64,000 bases of DNA from assembly GCA_964445355.1 (NCBI GenBank), contig CAYUKQ010000004.1:1028-65027 (forward strand). Direction: 5' to 3'. Shown in pieces: positions 8,358 to 19,186 of this stretch. The notes under the pieces are model-generated. The model made no database searches. It saw nothing but the letters and a program-made list of their open reading frames with translations, and was not told where the DNA came from. A program made the translations under genes and the position numbers. This stretch comes from an uncultured Gammaproteobacteria bacterium (GTDB lineage: Bacteria > Patescibacteriota > Microgenomatia > CAYQLK01). Each line of letters begins with the position of its first letter. The first letter of the stretch is position 1.

Positions 8358-10601
8358 ATGAACAAAATTGGATCTCCACAAAAAAAAACTCAACAAAAGC
8401 AAAGGAGACTACACAAAAGTGTTTCTGAAAAAGTCGGATTTGGAATCTTGTGGATTTTTTTTCCCCCTAAAGACAGAGTACTAAGAGGAACACTGTTTAG
8501 GATATCAACATTTGTTTTTTTGGTTCTGGTAGGGGTGTTTTGGTTCATTACAAAAGACTTACCTACAAAAAATCTTGGTGATAGAGATATTGACTTGACT
8601 ACAAAAATTTACGACCGTAACGGCAAGCTTCTTTATAATATATATGCGGACAAAAATAGAACTTTGCTTCCGTTCGATCAAATCCCGCAATATATTAAAG
8701 ATGCTTCAATTGCCATTGAGGATAAAGATTTTTATAAACACAAGGGATTTGATATTTTGGGAGTAATTAGAGCTTCGATGGCGATTGCTTTTAAACAAGA
8801 ACTTCAGGGTGGTTCGACGATTACTCAACAACTCGTTAAAACTGCGTTTCTTACACCAGAAAGAAATCTGACAAGAAAAATTAAGGAGTTGTATTTAGCC
8901 TATCAGGTGGAAAGTAAGTTCAGCAAAAACCAAATCTTAGAAATGTATCTTAATGAAGTGCCGTATGGAGGAACCGCATATGGCATTGAAGCGGCGAGTC
9001 AAACATATTTTGGCAAAAGGGTAACCGAGTTAAACCTTGCCGAGTCGGCACTGATCGCTGGGTTGCCGCAAAGTCCGACAACCTACTCACCTTTTGGAAA
9101 TAATCCTAAGCTAGCAAAACAAAGACAATCCGAAGTCTTAAGGAGAATGCTTGAAGAAAAATTTATCACTCAACAGGAACACGACCAAGCCATATCAGAG
9201 GTGCTTGTCTTTGCCCAGCCAAATATAGATATTAAGGCTCCACATTTTGTCCTCTTCATCAAGGATCAATTGGCACAAAAGTATGGAGAAAAATTGGTTG
9301 AACAGGGTGGATTAAAAGTTACTACCACTCTTGATTTGGATATACAGGAAATGGCTCAGAATACCGTTACTACTGAAGTTGCCAAACTAAAAAACTACAA
9401 TGTTGGTAATGGTGCGGCAATGGTAACCGATCCAAAAACAGGAGAAATTCTTGCTATGGTTGGATCGAGAGATTATTTTGACACCGCAAATGATGGAAAT
9501 GTTAATGTTACAACCTCACTGCGACAACCCGGGTCATCAATTAAACCAATAAATTATGCTGGTGGATTAATGAACGGCCTAACGGCGGGGACAATTATTG
9601 TTGATGGACCTGTTACTTTTAAAGGCAGCCCCCCTTATACACCAAAAAACTACGATGGAAAATTTCATGGAGCAGTTACCTTAAGAAAATCATTAGCTAA
9701 TTCTTATAATATTCCTGCTGTTAAGGTACTCGCTTATAATACTGTGCCATTTATGTTGGAACTGGCACAAAAAATGGGTATTTCAACTTTTGGAGACCCG
9801 TCTAGATATGGTTTGTCTTTAACCCTTGGGGGCGGTGAAGTAAAAATGATTGACATGACGACAGCATTTAGCGCCTTTGCTAATAAAGGTATTACCCACG
9901 AAGCGTATGGAATAATCAAAGTTGAAGATAAGGACGGAAAAGTACTAGAAGAACATAAAAATGATGAGGGAAAGCGAGCAATTCCTGAAGAAATTGCCTT
10001 TATTATTTCTCATATTTTGGCTGATAATCAGGCCCGAGCGGATGCATTTGGCACAAATAGTCAGCTTTATATACCAGGCAAGGTTGTCTCAGTCAAAACA
10101 GGGACGACAGATGATATTAGAGATAACTGGACGATTGGATATACACCATCATATTTGACGGCAGTGTGGGTTGGAAATAACGACAATAAACCATTAAACA
10201 GATCACTAACTTCCGGAGTTACAGGAGCCGCACCAATTTGGAATAAGATAATGAAAAATCTTTTGAAGAACAAAGAAATTGAAAATCTTGTTGCGCCCGA
10301 TAATGTGGTATCAAGAGCGACATGCGTGGGTCCAGGTGAGAAAAAAGATGATGGTACTGTGAGCTGTAAATCACAAATAGAATTTTATGTAAAAGGAACA
10401 GAGCCGAAAAACGAAGATTCCAAATTTGTAAAGGGCGATGTGTGGTTCGACCCAAAAACGAGAAAAATTGTTGCACCAGGAACAGCTGAGGCAGTTGAAA
10501 AAAAGGACGCAGTTGTTGTTACCGACTTTTATCAGCCTGGAGAAGGATATTGTGTAAACTGTATTGAAGAGGAAAAACCTGAAGATCAGGTTCAAAACTA
10601 A
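8358..10601 (+). CDS. class A penicillin-binding protein (bifunctional glycosyltransferase/transpeptidase, PBP1A-type)
   Basis: GT51 motifs (ITQQLVK, RKIKELYLAYQVE...EVPYGG) and transpeptidase motifs (SSIKP, KTGTT), with an N-terminal TM. Confidence 0.85.
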   Translation: MNKIGSPQKKTQQKQRRLHKSVSEKVGFGILWIFFPPKDRVLRGTLFRISTFVFLVLVGVFWFITKDLPTKNLGDRDIDLTTKIYDRNGKLLYNIYADKNRTLLPFDQIPQYIKDASIAIEDKDFYKHKGFDILGVIRASMAIAFKQELQGGSTITQQLVKTAFLTPERNLTRKIKELYLAYQVESKFSKNQILEMYLNEVPYGGTAYGIEAASQTYFGKRVTELNLAESALIAGLPQSPTTYSPFGNNPKLAKQRQSEVLRRMLEEKFITQQEHDQAISEVLVFAQPNIDIKAPHFVLFIKDQLAQKYGEKLVEQGGLKVTTTLDLDIQEMAQNTVTTEVAKLKNYNVGNGAAMVTDPKTGEILAMVGSRDYFDTANDGNVNVTTSLRQPGSSIKPINYAGGLMNGLTAGTIIVDGPVTFKGSPPYTPKNYDGKFHGAVTLRKSLANSYNIPAVKVLAYNTVPFMLELAQKMGISTFGDPSRYGLSLTLGGGEVKMIDMTTAFSAFANKGITHEAYGIIKVEDKDGKVLEEHKNDEGKRAIPEEIAFIISHILADNQARADAFGTNSQLYIPGKVVSVKTGTTDDIRDNWTIGYTPSYLTAVWVGNNDNKPLNRSLTSGVTGAAPIWNKIMKNLLKNKEIENLVAPDNVVSRATCVGPGEKKDDGTVSCKSQIEFYVKGTEPKNEDSKFVKGDVWFDPKTRKIVAPGTAEAVEKKDAVVVTDFYQPGEGYCVNCIEEEKPEDQVQN

Positions 10602-10603
10602 GA

Positions 10604-12007
10604 ATGAATAAAAAATATTATCTGACTACGGCGATTTCTTATGCGAATGGATCGCCACATATTGGCCATATAACTGAGGCTGTAATAGCTGATGTTATTA
10701 CACGTTTTCGAACCAAATATCTTGATCAAAAAGTTTACTTTTTAACGGGAACTGATGAACATGGAGTAAAAATTAAGGAGGCCGCTGAAAAGTCTGGGGA
10801 AAAATATAAAGACTTTGTTGATCGGATTTCTGGTGAATTTAAGGTTGCTTGGGATAGCATGGATATTGATTATTCAAGATTTATCCGGACAACAGATGAG
10901 GATCACGAAGCTAGAGTCATTGATTTTTACAATAAGCTTTATGGAAATAATTACATCGACAAAAGGCAGTATTCTGGACTTTATTGTGTGGGATGTGAGA
11001 AGTTTTATTCTGAAGACGAATTAGTCGAAGGATTGTGTCCTGATCACCAAAAACCTCCGATAAACTACAAAGAAGAAAATTATTTTTTCAAACTGAGTAA
11101 TTTTGAAAAAAAATTAATTACAGAAATAGAGTCGGACAAAATTAGAATTTTGCCGGAAACGAAAAAAAATGAGATCTTGGGAAAATTACGGAAAGGATTA
11201 GAAGACATATCCGTCTCAAGAAATCTTGATTGGGGAATCAAACTTCCATTTGATGACAGTCAAGTTGCTTATGTTTGGGTTGATGCTCTCGTTAACTACC
11301 TTACTTATGGTGAAGCTGAAAATATTTGGCCGGCTGATCTGCATATTATTGGCAAGGATATTTTATGGTTTCATACAGTTATTTGGCCGTCCTTACTGTG
11401 GGCAGCAGGATACGAAGCACCTAGAGGGGTCTATGCTCACGGGTTTTTTACGATTGACGGCAAAAAAATATCAAAATCAATTGGAAATGTAATTACTCCA
11501 TCAGAAATGATCGAAAAACTTGGATCTAGTGACGCTGCCAGGTTTATTTTACTTTCTTCGTTTAGCTTAAAAAATGATGGAGACTTCTCTTGGGAGAAAA
11601 TTTATGACAAATATAACAAGGTTCTGGCTAACGGATTAGGTAATTTTGCTTCAAGACTCGCAAAGCTTGCTTCGGATGCGGAGATTGATTCAATTGAAGA
11701 GCAGAGGCCGGATGAAATTTCAATCAAGAGACTAACGAAACTGATCGAGGATCAGGATATATTTGCGTATTGTGAATATTTAGAACAATTGGTGACAGAA
11801 ATTAATATCGAATTTGATCAAAAATCCCCGTGGAAAAAACAAGGTGAAGAAAAAAAAGAGATACTGACTGAAATAATTAAGAAGTATTTACAAATTGTTG
11901 ATTTGTTCAGTCCACTATTGCCGAATAAGGCAGAAATAATCAAAAGGGCTTTTGTTCAAACGAAAATTAAACCGATTTCTGAGCCCGTTTTTTTAAGAAT
12001 TCAATAA
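10604..12007 (+). CDS. metG: methionyl-tRNA synthetase (short form)
   Basis: HIGH motif (SPHIGH), KISKS (KMSKS-type) and a Zn knuckle (CVGCEKF...CPDH). Confidence 0.85.
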   Translation: MNKKYYLTTAISYANGSPHIGHITEAVIADVITRFRTKYLDQKVYFLTGTDEHGVKIKEAAEKSGEKYKDFVDRISGEFKVAWDSMDIDYSRFIRTTDEDHEARVIDFYNKLYGNNYIDKRQYSGLYCVGCEKFYSEDELVEGLCPDHQKPPINYKEENYFFKLSNFEKKLITEIESDKIRILPETKKNEILGKLRKGLEDISVSRNLDWGIKLPFDDSQVAYVWVDALVNYLTYGEAENIWPADLHIIGKDILWFHTVIWPSLLWAAGYEAPRGVYAHGFFTIDGKKISKSIGNVITPSEMIEKLGSSDAARFILLSSFSLKNDGDFSWEKIYDKYNKVLANGLGNFASRLAKLASDAEIDSIEEQRPDEISIKRLTKLIEDQDIFAYCEYLEQLVTEINIEFDQKSPWKKQGEEKKEILTEIIKKYLQIVDLFSPLLPNKAEIIKRAFVQTKIKPISEPVFLRIQ

Positions 12008-12013
12008 TAGGAA

Positions 12014-12805
12014 GTGTTAATCGATACTCACGCACACCCCGAACAAGCCGATTTTGATAATGATAGAGACAAGGTTATAAAAGATTGTTTTGATAATAAT
12101 CTAGAGGCCATTATTGCGGTTGGAACAACGATCGAAGATTCGGAAAAGACAATTGAATTATCAAACAAATACACCAGAATTTTTCCGACTGTGGGAATGC
12201 ACCCGAACGACGCGGAAATAGAATTAAAGTCAGACTATCAGGAGCGCTTTGAAAGTTTGGTAAGTAAAAACCGAAATAAAATTGTTGCAATTGGCGAGTG
12301 CGGGTTGGATATTTATATAACTAATGACAAAAAAACGGACCCTAACAGTATTAAGGCACAGATAGAGTTATTTGAGTTCCAACTAGCGATTGCGGAAAAA
12401 CACCAGCTCCCGGTAATAATTCATTGTCGTAATGGCTGGAGTGAAATATTTAAGATACTAGATAAATATCGTTTGGTTGGTGGCGTTTTTCATTGCTGGA
12501 CTGGTGGAGTCAATGAGCTGAATGAGGCACAAAAAAGAGGGTTTTTTGTTGCGTTTGGTGGAATATTGACATTTAAAAACGCGGGGGAGGTTTTGGAATC
12601 TGCGAAAATTGCCAATCTTGAACAGGTGGTTTTGGAAACTGATAGCCCATTTTTAGCTCCGGAGGGATTGAGAGGAAGCAGAAATGAACCTAAAAATGTT
12701 AGAATTGTGGCCGAGTTCTTGGCTAAAGTAAGAGGGCTCGAAATAGGTTATATTGAAGATGTAACCAGTCGAAACGCAAAAAGGTTGTTTGGATTAAATA
12801 TATGA
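12014..12805 (+). CDS. tatD: TatD-family metal-dependent deoxyribonuclease/hydrolase
   Basis: N-terminal (I)DTHAHP motif and 263 aa TIM-barrel hydrolase pattern. Confidence 0.8.
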   Translation: MLIDTHAHPEQADFDNDRDKVIKDCFDNNLEAIIAVGTTIEDSEKTIELSNKYTRIFPTVGMHPNDAEIELKSDYQERFESLVSKNRNKIVAIGECGLDIYITNDKKTDPNSIKAQIELFEFQLAIAEKHQLPVIIHCRNGWSEIFKILDKYRLVGGVFHCWTGGVNELNEAQKRGFFVAFGGILTFKNAGEVLESAKIANLEQVVLETDSPFLAPEGLRGSRNEPKNVRIVAEFLAKVRGLEIGYIEDVTSRNAKRLFGLNI

Positions 12806-14301
12806 TTGGAGAATTAATTGCGAATTTTGTCAAAAAGAACGACAAGGCAGTACACAGATCACTGGAGATTTTGCCCGGGGCTTTTAGCTGGACATTAATT
12901 TTATTTCCACTTTGGGGATCATTTTGGGTTCCCCATTATGTTGCCTATTTTGTAATATTGTTCGATATTTTTTGGTTTTATAAATCAGGCACTCTAGCAG
13001 TGACAGTGGTACTTTCGCATATAAAAATTCGTGCAGCCGAGCGATATTCTTGGATGACTGATTTGAAAAAACTTCCGGATTGGAAAAAAATTCATCACGT
13101 AGTAATTATTCCAACATACAAAGAGCCTGAATACACTCTTGAAAGAGGGCTAGATTCAATAGCCGAACAAGACTTGGGACCAAAACATATTACTATTGTG
13201 CTTGCGATGGAAGATCGGGAAAAGGGTGCTTACGAAAAAGGAAATAAGCTCAAGAAAAAATATCAGGGTGTGTTTGCTAATTTTTTTATAACCATACACC
13301 CAGACATTGACGGTGAGGTAAAAGGAAAATCATCTAATGAGGCGTGGGCAGGAAGATGGGTTAAAAAAGAATTAGTCGACAGGCAGGGTATGGACATCGA
13401 ATATATTACGGTAACAAGTAAAGATGCGGATGCAATCATGCATAAAAAATACTACTCGTGTTTAAGCTATAAATTCTTGACTAATAAAGATAGACATTAT
13501 CGATTCTGGCAAGCAGCGATAATGTTTTATTCGAATATTTGGAGAATTCCTGCACCAATTAGAGTGGTTAATACTTTTTGTACTCTGTGGCAGACAGCGC
13601 AATTAATGAGGAAAGATCGAATAATAAATTATTCAACCTATTCTCTTTCGATGAAAATGCTTGATGAGGTTGATTACTGGGATGTTGATGTAATTCCAGA
13701 GGACTACAGACTGTTTTTTAAGGCTTATTTTAGTTTGAATGGAAAAGTAGAAGTCGAACCAATTTTTTTGGGAGTCCACGCAGATGCGGCTGAAGCTAGT
13801 GGATATGTAAGCACAATGGTGAATCAATACGAACAAATGAAGCGCTGGGCATGGGGTGCATCTGATGATGCATATATTATTAAAAACTGGCTGATTAACC
13901 ACCAAATTCCATTCTGGACCAGAACAATGAGGGTAATAAAGGTGCTCGAGGACCATTTTTTGTGGCCTGTTAATTGGTTCGTAATTACACTGGGCGCAAA
14001 TATTCCACTACTTTTAAACCCAGAATTTTCTCAAACTGTTTTAGGAACAAACTTGCCAAAAATTACGTTCGGATTACTAACACTTGCCTGGGTATTTCTC
14101 TTTGTTATGATTGCCGTTGATTTGAGACAAAGACCAAAATCTGATAGACCGATTTCGCCAATAAAAAGGATATTGATGCCTTTGGAATTTATTTTAATGC
14201 CAGTAACCGGTTTGTTTTTTTCGGCGCTTCCTGGACTTGATGCACACACCAGGCTTATGCTTGGTAAATATATAGAATATAGAGTCACAGAGAAAGTCTA
14301 G
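12802..14301 (+). CDS. family-2 processive membrane glycosyltransferase (QxxRW motif)
   Basis: Cytoplasmic GT2-like core (VVIIPTYKEP, DADAIMH), a QMKRW motif and multiple TM helices. Confidence 0.6.
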   Translation: MIGELIANFVKKNDKAVHRSLEILPGAFSWTLILFPLWGSFWVPHYVAYFVILFDIFWFYKSGTLAVTVVLSHIKIRAAERYSWMTDLKKLPDWKKIHHVVIIPTYKEPEYTLERGLDSIAEQDLGPKHITIVLAMEDREKGAYEKGNKLKKKYQGVFANFFITIHPDIDGEVKGKSSNEAWAGRWVKKELVDRQGMDIEYITVTSKDADAIMHKKYYSCLSYKFLTNKDRHYRFWQAAIMFYSNIWRIPAPIRVVNTFCTLWQTAQLMRKDRIINYSTYSLSMKMLDEVDYWDVDVIPEDYRLFFKAYFSLNGKVEVEPIFLGVHADAAEASGYVSTMVNQYEQMKRWAWGASDDAYIIKNWLINHQIPFWTRTMRVIKVLEDHFLWPVNWFVITLGANIPLLLNPEFSQTVLGTNLPKITFGLLTLAWVFLFVMIAVDLRQRPKSDRPISPIKRILMPLEFILMPVTGLFFSALPGLDAHTRLMLGKYIEYRVTEKV

Positions 14302-14354
14302 TTTTTAGGTGTTATATTTAATTAAGAACCTAAAATTCTGTCCGTTTTAGTCAA

Positions 14355-15845
14355 ATGATTAAGCAAAAAAGTTTAACACTTAAGATTGAAATTATCCTAG
14401 TATTTGCCTTGGCGTTAGTGTTTATATTGCGAATTCCTTCATTATTTGAGCCGTTCTGGTACGGTGATGAGGGAATTTTTGCGGCTGTGGGTCATGGAAT
14501 GAATAAGGGTCAGATGCTTTATTCACAAACTTGGGATAACAAACCTCCAATGATCTATATTTATTACAGTTTGATCTTTAGGCTTTTTGGAGAATCGATG
14601 TTTTGGTTGAGACTGGTTACTGCCGTCTGGGTAACACTAACATCGCTTGTTGTCTTTGACATAGTCAGAAGGTTGTGGAGTGACAGAAGGGGTATTTTGG
14701 CGGTATTAGTTTTCGGGATTCTTGCTTCTTTACCAGTAATTGAGGGTAATCTCGCGCTTACAGAAATATTGATGCTACTCCCAACATCAATCGCATTTTG
14801 GTTGATACTTTTGAAGAATAAAGGGTTATTTAAGAATTTTGACGATGTATTTGTTTATTTAACAGCCGGGGCGTTGTTGTGCATTGCGTTTCTTTTTAAA
14901 CAAATGGCTGTGTTTGATGCGGTGGCAGCGGGAATAATAGTTTTGACCATGCAAGAGAAACCAATAAAGCGCGCAACGAGCTTAGTTGTCGGATTCTTGG
15001 GTGTATTTATTGTGGTTGGGTCATATTTTCTGCTAAGAGGAACGTTGGGAGATTTTATTTTTGCCGCCTACACTTATTATTTTATTTATTTGTCTGAAGG
15101 CCCGGGATTGCCGAAGTATTTTATTGTATTTAAAATTCTTCCTGCAGCAATTGCTACCGGTTTTGTCTTCTATCAATTTTTCAAACATAGAAAAATTACG
15201 CTTACCTTGGCAATGTTGATGTGGATATGTTTTGCACTGCTTGGGAGTATTTTTTCCGGAAGGCCCTACGGACATTATCTGGTACAAATGATCCTTCCAA
15301 TTACTCTTTTTTTAGTGTCGCTTACTCGCTGGCAGAAGATGAAAATTTTTGACTTGAGTGTTTCTCTAATAATACTTGCCTCTGGGTTGTATGTGTTAAA
15401 CAAAGCTTTTGGGTTGAACAATTTTCAGGGGGATGTATTAAGAACTAGCTATTATCGTAATTTTATTGATTTTGCTTTAGGTGAAAAGAATTATCGGCAA
15501 TATAGTGATAGTTTTGACCATAATGCGTATAAGCTTAAGAGTGTCTCAGAATATTTGATCGCAAAAGGATCTGCTGACCAATACATATATATTTGGGGGG
15601 ATTATTCTTGGGCTTATGTTCTATCGGATGCAAAGGAATCAAGTAGATATATTACGTCATTCCATGTGCGCGGACTACCAAACGGTGCAGATGAAGTTAT
15701 TAATAGTCTGACAAAAAATAAACCGAAATTTATTGTAAAAACTCCAAACGCTATAGGTGATTTTACTGAACTTGATGAATTCATTGATAAATATAATTAC
15801 CGCTTAATAAACACAGTTGAAGGTTCGGAAATATTTGCTATTTAA
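14355..15845 (+). CDS. GT-C superfamily polytopic glycosyltransferase (ArnT/PMT/arabinosyltransferase-like)
   Basis: About 12 TM helices, an N-terminal loop with an acidic motif (YGDEG) and a C-terminal soluble domain. The architecture is GT-C-like. Confidence 0.5.
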   Translation: MIKQKSLTLKIEIILVFALALVFILRIPSLFEPFWYGDEGIFAAVGHGMNKGQMLYSQTWDNKPPMIYIYYSLIFRLFGESMFWLRLVTAVWVTLTSLVVFDIVRRLWSDRRGILAVLVFGILASLPVIEGNLALTEILMLLPTSIAFWLILLKNKGLFKNFDDVFVYLTAGALLCIAFLFKQMAVFDAVAAGIIVLTMQEKPIKRATSLVVGFLGVFIVVGSYFLLRGTLGDFIFAAYTYYFIYLSEGPGLPKYFIVFKILPAAIATGFVFYQFFKHRKITLTLAMLMWICFALLGSIFSGRPYGHYLVQMILPITLFLVSLTRWQKMKIFDLSVSLIILASGLYVLNKAFGLNNFQGDVLRTSYYRNFIDFALGEKNYRQYSDSFDHNAYKLKSVSEYLIAKGSADQYIYIWGDYSWAYVLSDAKESSRYITSFHVRGLPNGADEVINSLTKNKPKFIVKTPNAIGDFTELDEFIDKYNYRLINTVEGSEIFAI

Positions 15846-15880
15846 GGTTTTTGCTTTAGAATCTATAGGACTATATTTAA

Positions 15881-16288
15881 ATGAAAAAGAAAGAAAAGTT
15901 TGTTCCCAAAAAAAAACACTTCCGACTTAGGGACGTTAGACAGGAATGGGACGAGGTCGATGCGGATAAAATAACTAAGATGGTTTTTATGCTATCGGCT
16001 GCTATATATATAGTGACTTTAGGTTATTTCTTATACAACCGTAAACTACTTCCTCCAGAATTACCGATTTTTTATTCAAAACCATGGGGACAAGAGAGGC
16101 TTGCGCCCTCCGATGCAATATGGATTCCAGTACTGATTGGAATGGCGCTACTGATAATTAATGGTTTTTTGTCTTTAAAAATATTTAGTAAAGAAAAATT
16201 TTTGCAAAAGATATTAGCATGGACCAACCTGGCTACCACGACACTGATTTCTGTAACATTAATTAAAATCATGAGGCTATTTGTATAA
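15881..16288 (+). CDS. small membrane protein (hypothetical)
   Basis: 135 aa with three hydrophobic helices. Confidence 0.35.
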   Translation: MKKKEKFVPKKKHFRLRDVRQEWDEVDADKITKMVFMLSAAIYIVTLGYFLYNRKLLPPELPIFYSKPWGQERLAPSDAIWIPVLIGMALLIINGFLSLKIFSKEKFLQKILAWTNLATTTLISVTLIKIMRLFV

Positions 16289-16290
16289 AA

Positions 16291-17370
16291 ATGTTTGATT
16301 TTATATATTCACCGGTATTCCTAGGCTTTTTATTTGCTTTTTCTATCACACTTGTGACTACACCACTGATAATTAAACTGGCTTTAAGATATGGGTTTGT
16401 TGATGACCCTAAAAAACATAAACATCCTGCAATTCTTCATAAAAAAATTATTCCTAGAGCTGGCGGGCTAGCTATTGGGGTTGGAATAATCCTTTCAATA
16501 CTATTGTTTGTACCAATAAACAAGCAGGTTGTTGGAATAATTATCGGAAGTGTAGTTGCTGTGATTGTCGGGGTATTAGACGATAAGTACGATCTAAACC
16601 CTTACTTAAGATTTTTTAGTAATTTCTTAATTGCCGCGGTGGTTGTACTATCAGGAATTGGAATTTCGTTTGTAACCAACCCATTTGGCGGAGTCATACG
16701 TTTGGATGAATTTATTATTAGATTTAATTTTTTTGGTCCTCACTCGATTGTATTGCTAGCTGATATATTTGCTGTATTTTGGATTGTTTGGGTGATGAAT
16801 ATGTTGAACTGGTCAAAAGGAGTAGACGGACAGTTGGCTGGAATTGCTGCGGTTGGGTTTGTGGTTTTGGGAATCGTTAGCCTTAGGTTTGCAGAAAATG
16901 ACCAATCACAAATTATTGTGGCTGGGTTGGCATTTGTGGCAGCAGGAGCATCGCTGGGATTTTTGCCGTTTAATTGGCACCCAGCGAAAATATTTCCTGG
17001 ATATTCCTCGACCATACTCGGTTTTTTGATTGCTGTCTTGTCGATTATGTCAGGTGCCAAGGTTGCAATCGCGATACTGGCCATGGCAGTTCCACTGCTT
17101 GACGGACTGTTTACTATATTTAGGCGACTACTTATTAAAAAATCTCCATTTTGGGGTGATAAAAAACATTTACATCACCACTTAATGAGACTAGGATGGG
17201 GGCATAGGAAAATTTCTTTGTTTTACTGGTCGGTTTGTGCTATTTTAGGCATAGTAGCGCTGACCACTAGCGGGACCGGAAAGTTGTTTGCTGGATTATT
17301 AGTGTTTTGCATAATAATGGCATCGATTTTGTGGATTAATTTGATTATTTGGTCAAAAGATGATTTGTAA
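16291..17370 (+). CDS. glycosyltransferase family 4 polyprenyl-phosphate sugar-1-phosphate transferase (WecA/MraY family)
   Basis: Polytopic protein with DDxxD-like (VLDDKYD) and characteristic MraY/WecA loop motifs. Confidence 0.75.
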   Translation: MFDFIYSPVFLGFLFAFSITLVTTPLIIKLALRYGFVDDPKKHKHPAILHKKIIPRAGGLAIGVGIILSILLFVPINKQVVGIIIGSVVAVIVGVLDDKYDLNPYLRFFSNFLIAAVVVLSGIGISFVTNPFGGVIRLDEFIIRFNFFGPHSIVLLADIFAVFWIVWVMNMLNWSKGVDGQLAGIAAVGFVVLGIVSLRFAENDQSQIIVAGLAFVAAGASLGFLPFNWHPAKIFPGYSSTILGFLIAVLSIMSGAKVAIAILAMAVPLLDGLFTIFRRLLIKKSPFWGDKKHLHHHLMRLGWGHRKISLFYWSVCAILGIVALTTSGTGKLFAGLLVFCIIMASILWINLIIWSKDDL

Positions 17371-17377
17371 TTAATTT

Positions 17378-18310
17378 ATGTTGTTGGCAATTTTTAAATC
17401 AGTAAGACCGAGACAGTGGTTAAAAAATTTAGCTCTTTTTGCTCCGATATTATTTGAGGGAACTTTGTTTTCAGAAGGAAACATATTACGACTAATTTAC
17501 GCTTTTGTTGTATTTTGTGTTTTAACATCATCCATTTACTTACTCAATGATATTGTTGATGTTGAGCACGACAGACAGCACCCATTTAAGAAATTCCGTC
17601 CGATTGCCAGTGGCAAACTTTCAGTACTAAACGCCTGGATTATTTTAACTTTAGGAATAATTTTTGTGTTGGTTTTTGGGTATATTTTGTCTCCTTATTT
17701 TTTGATAGCTTGTTTACTTTATCTTGCTTTGCAGTTTGCCTATACATTTTATTTGAAACACGTAATTTTATTGGATGTAATGGCAATAGCAGCTGGTTTT
17801 TTACTAAGAGTTTATGCCGGGGCGTTAACAGTAGAGTCACATGTGACGGTATGGTTTTTGTTGGCAGTTCTTTGTTTGTCTTTATTTTTAGCAATTGGTA
17901 AACGAAGATCGGAAAGAACTTTGCTTCTGGGTTCTAAAAAAATAGAGGACGTAAGAAAAACCTTAAAAGGATATCCAAATAGTTTATTGGATGGACTTAC
18001 TATTATGTTTGCCACGGCTACATGGCTATCGTATGCAATGTTTACTTTTTTACAACCACCAGTTTCCGGAGAAGCTAAAGCGACTTTACTTTTTTTGGGT
18101 AACTATTTACCAGAGACACTTACTAATACTTCAAAATGGTTAATGATCACTATTCCGTTTGTTATTTATGGAGTTATGAGATATTTGTATATTATTTATG
18201 AAAAAAAGGAGGGTGAATCCCCGGAGCGCGTAATTCTGTCGGATAAGCCTATTTTAGCGACTGTGGTAATGTGGATTTTGACTTTGCTAGTGATAATTTA
18301 CGCGATCTAA
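17378..18310 (+). CDS. UbiA-family decaprenyl-phosphate phosphoribosyltransferase-like prenyltransferase
   Basis: N-terminal RPRQWLKN and NDIVDVEHDRQHP motifs, as in DPPR synthase-type UbiA enzymes. Confidence 0.7.
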   Translation: MLLAIFKSVRPRQWLKNLALFAPILFEGTLFSEGNILRLIYAFVVFCVLTSSIYLLNDIVDVEHDRQHPFKKFRPIASGKLSVLNAWIILTLGIIFVLVFGYILSPYFLIACLLYLALQFAYTFYLKHVILLDVMAIAAGFLLRVYAGALTVESHVTVWFLLAVLCLSLFLAIGKRRSERTLLLGSKKIEDVRKTLKGYPNSLLDGLTIMFATATWLSYAMFTFLQPPVSGEAKATLLFLGNYLPETLTNTSKWLMITIPFVIYGVMRYLYIIYEKKEGESPERVILSDKPILATVVMWILTLLVIIYAI

Positions 18311-19068
18311 AGACCTTGGACGTACTCGCTCGAAACCCAACCAGTAGTAAGCTCATCGATTTTAATCTGAACAAAGTTGTTATTTAGGTCTAATACTTCA
18401 AACTGCTGTCCAGGTGATACTTGAGATATTTCTGGTGAGTTAATGTCTGGATTTAATCGTACTCTCAAAAAACCAGTCGGACTATCTTTGATAATGATTT
18501 TAGGTAATTCAACTTTTTTTACGTCGTCAACTACTGATAATTGAAAGTTGGCTACAACAGTGTAATTTTGTTGGACATGTACCCTAACTGAGCGCTCGAT
18601 AAAACCATCCTTTTTGACGGAAATCCGATGATCACCCAAAGACAGATTGTCAACGTTTAGCGGACTGTTACCTTTAAAATCTCCATCTACAAAAACATGA
18701 GCCCCTGAAGGTAATGTAATAACCTTTAATCCGTTTTTTCCACTAATTAGACTAACAGTTTCACCTTGAGTTTTTTGTTCAATAGACGAAAGCTGACGAT
18801 TAATAACCGTAAGGGTGTTTGGTAATAATCTTATTTCTTCTGAATATGCACCAGAGTTGGATTGTATTTTGATTTGATATGTCTGATTCGAATCAAGCTG
18901 ATCAGAAAAAAATGGGGTTTGGCCAAAATCGGTTCCATTAATAATTATCTTGGCCTGAGGGTCGCTGGTAATTTGGAGCGACGATTTACTACCAGCTACC
19001 GAGTTACAACCAGTGATAAGCAAAAAAAATGGTAATAGAAAAAAACTGAAATTAATTTTGTAACGCAT
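18307..19068 (-). CDS. PEGA-domain lipoprotein/secreted protein
   Basis: Signal peptide with Cys (LITGC) and a PEGA-like block (LPSGAHVFVDGDFKGNSP...ISVKKDGF). Confidence 0.6.
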   Translation of the reverse strand: MRYKINFSFFLLPFFLLITGCNSVAGSKSSLQITSDPQAKIIINGTDFGQTPFFSDQLDSNQTYQIKIQSNSGAYSEEIRLLPNTLTVINRQLSSIEQKTQGETVSLISGKNGLKVITLPSGAHVFVDGDFKGNSPLNVDNLSLGDHRISVKKDGFIERSVRVHVQQNYTVVANFQLSVVDDVKKVELPKIIIKDSPTGFLRVRLNPDINSPEISQVSPGQQFEVLDLNNNFVQIKIDELTTGWVSSEYVQGL

Positions 19069-19121
19069 GGAAAGTTCGGAATGATTTTACCTAAAAATTA
19101 ATAATTTTGTCAGTCTTAGAA

Positions 19122-19180
19122 TTGACATTTTCTCATTATTGTGATATTATAGGTCACTTAAATCTCCATTTTTAGGAGGT
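19122..19180 (+). promoter_or_regulatory. Sigma70-type promoter for the M23 peptidase gene: TTGACA, a 17-nt spacer, an extended -10 (TGaTATTAT), then an AGGAGG Shine-Dalgarno
   Basis: TTGACA at 19122-19127, TATTAT at 19145-19150 preceded by TGA, AGGAGG at 19174-19179 and the ATG at 19187. Confidence 0.65.
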
Positions 19181-19186
19181 TTTATT

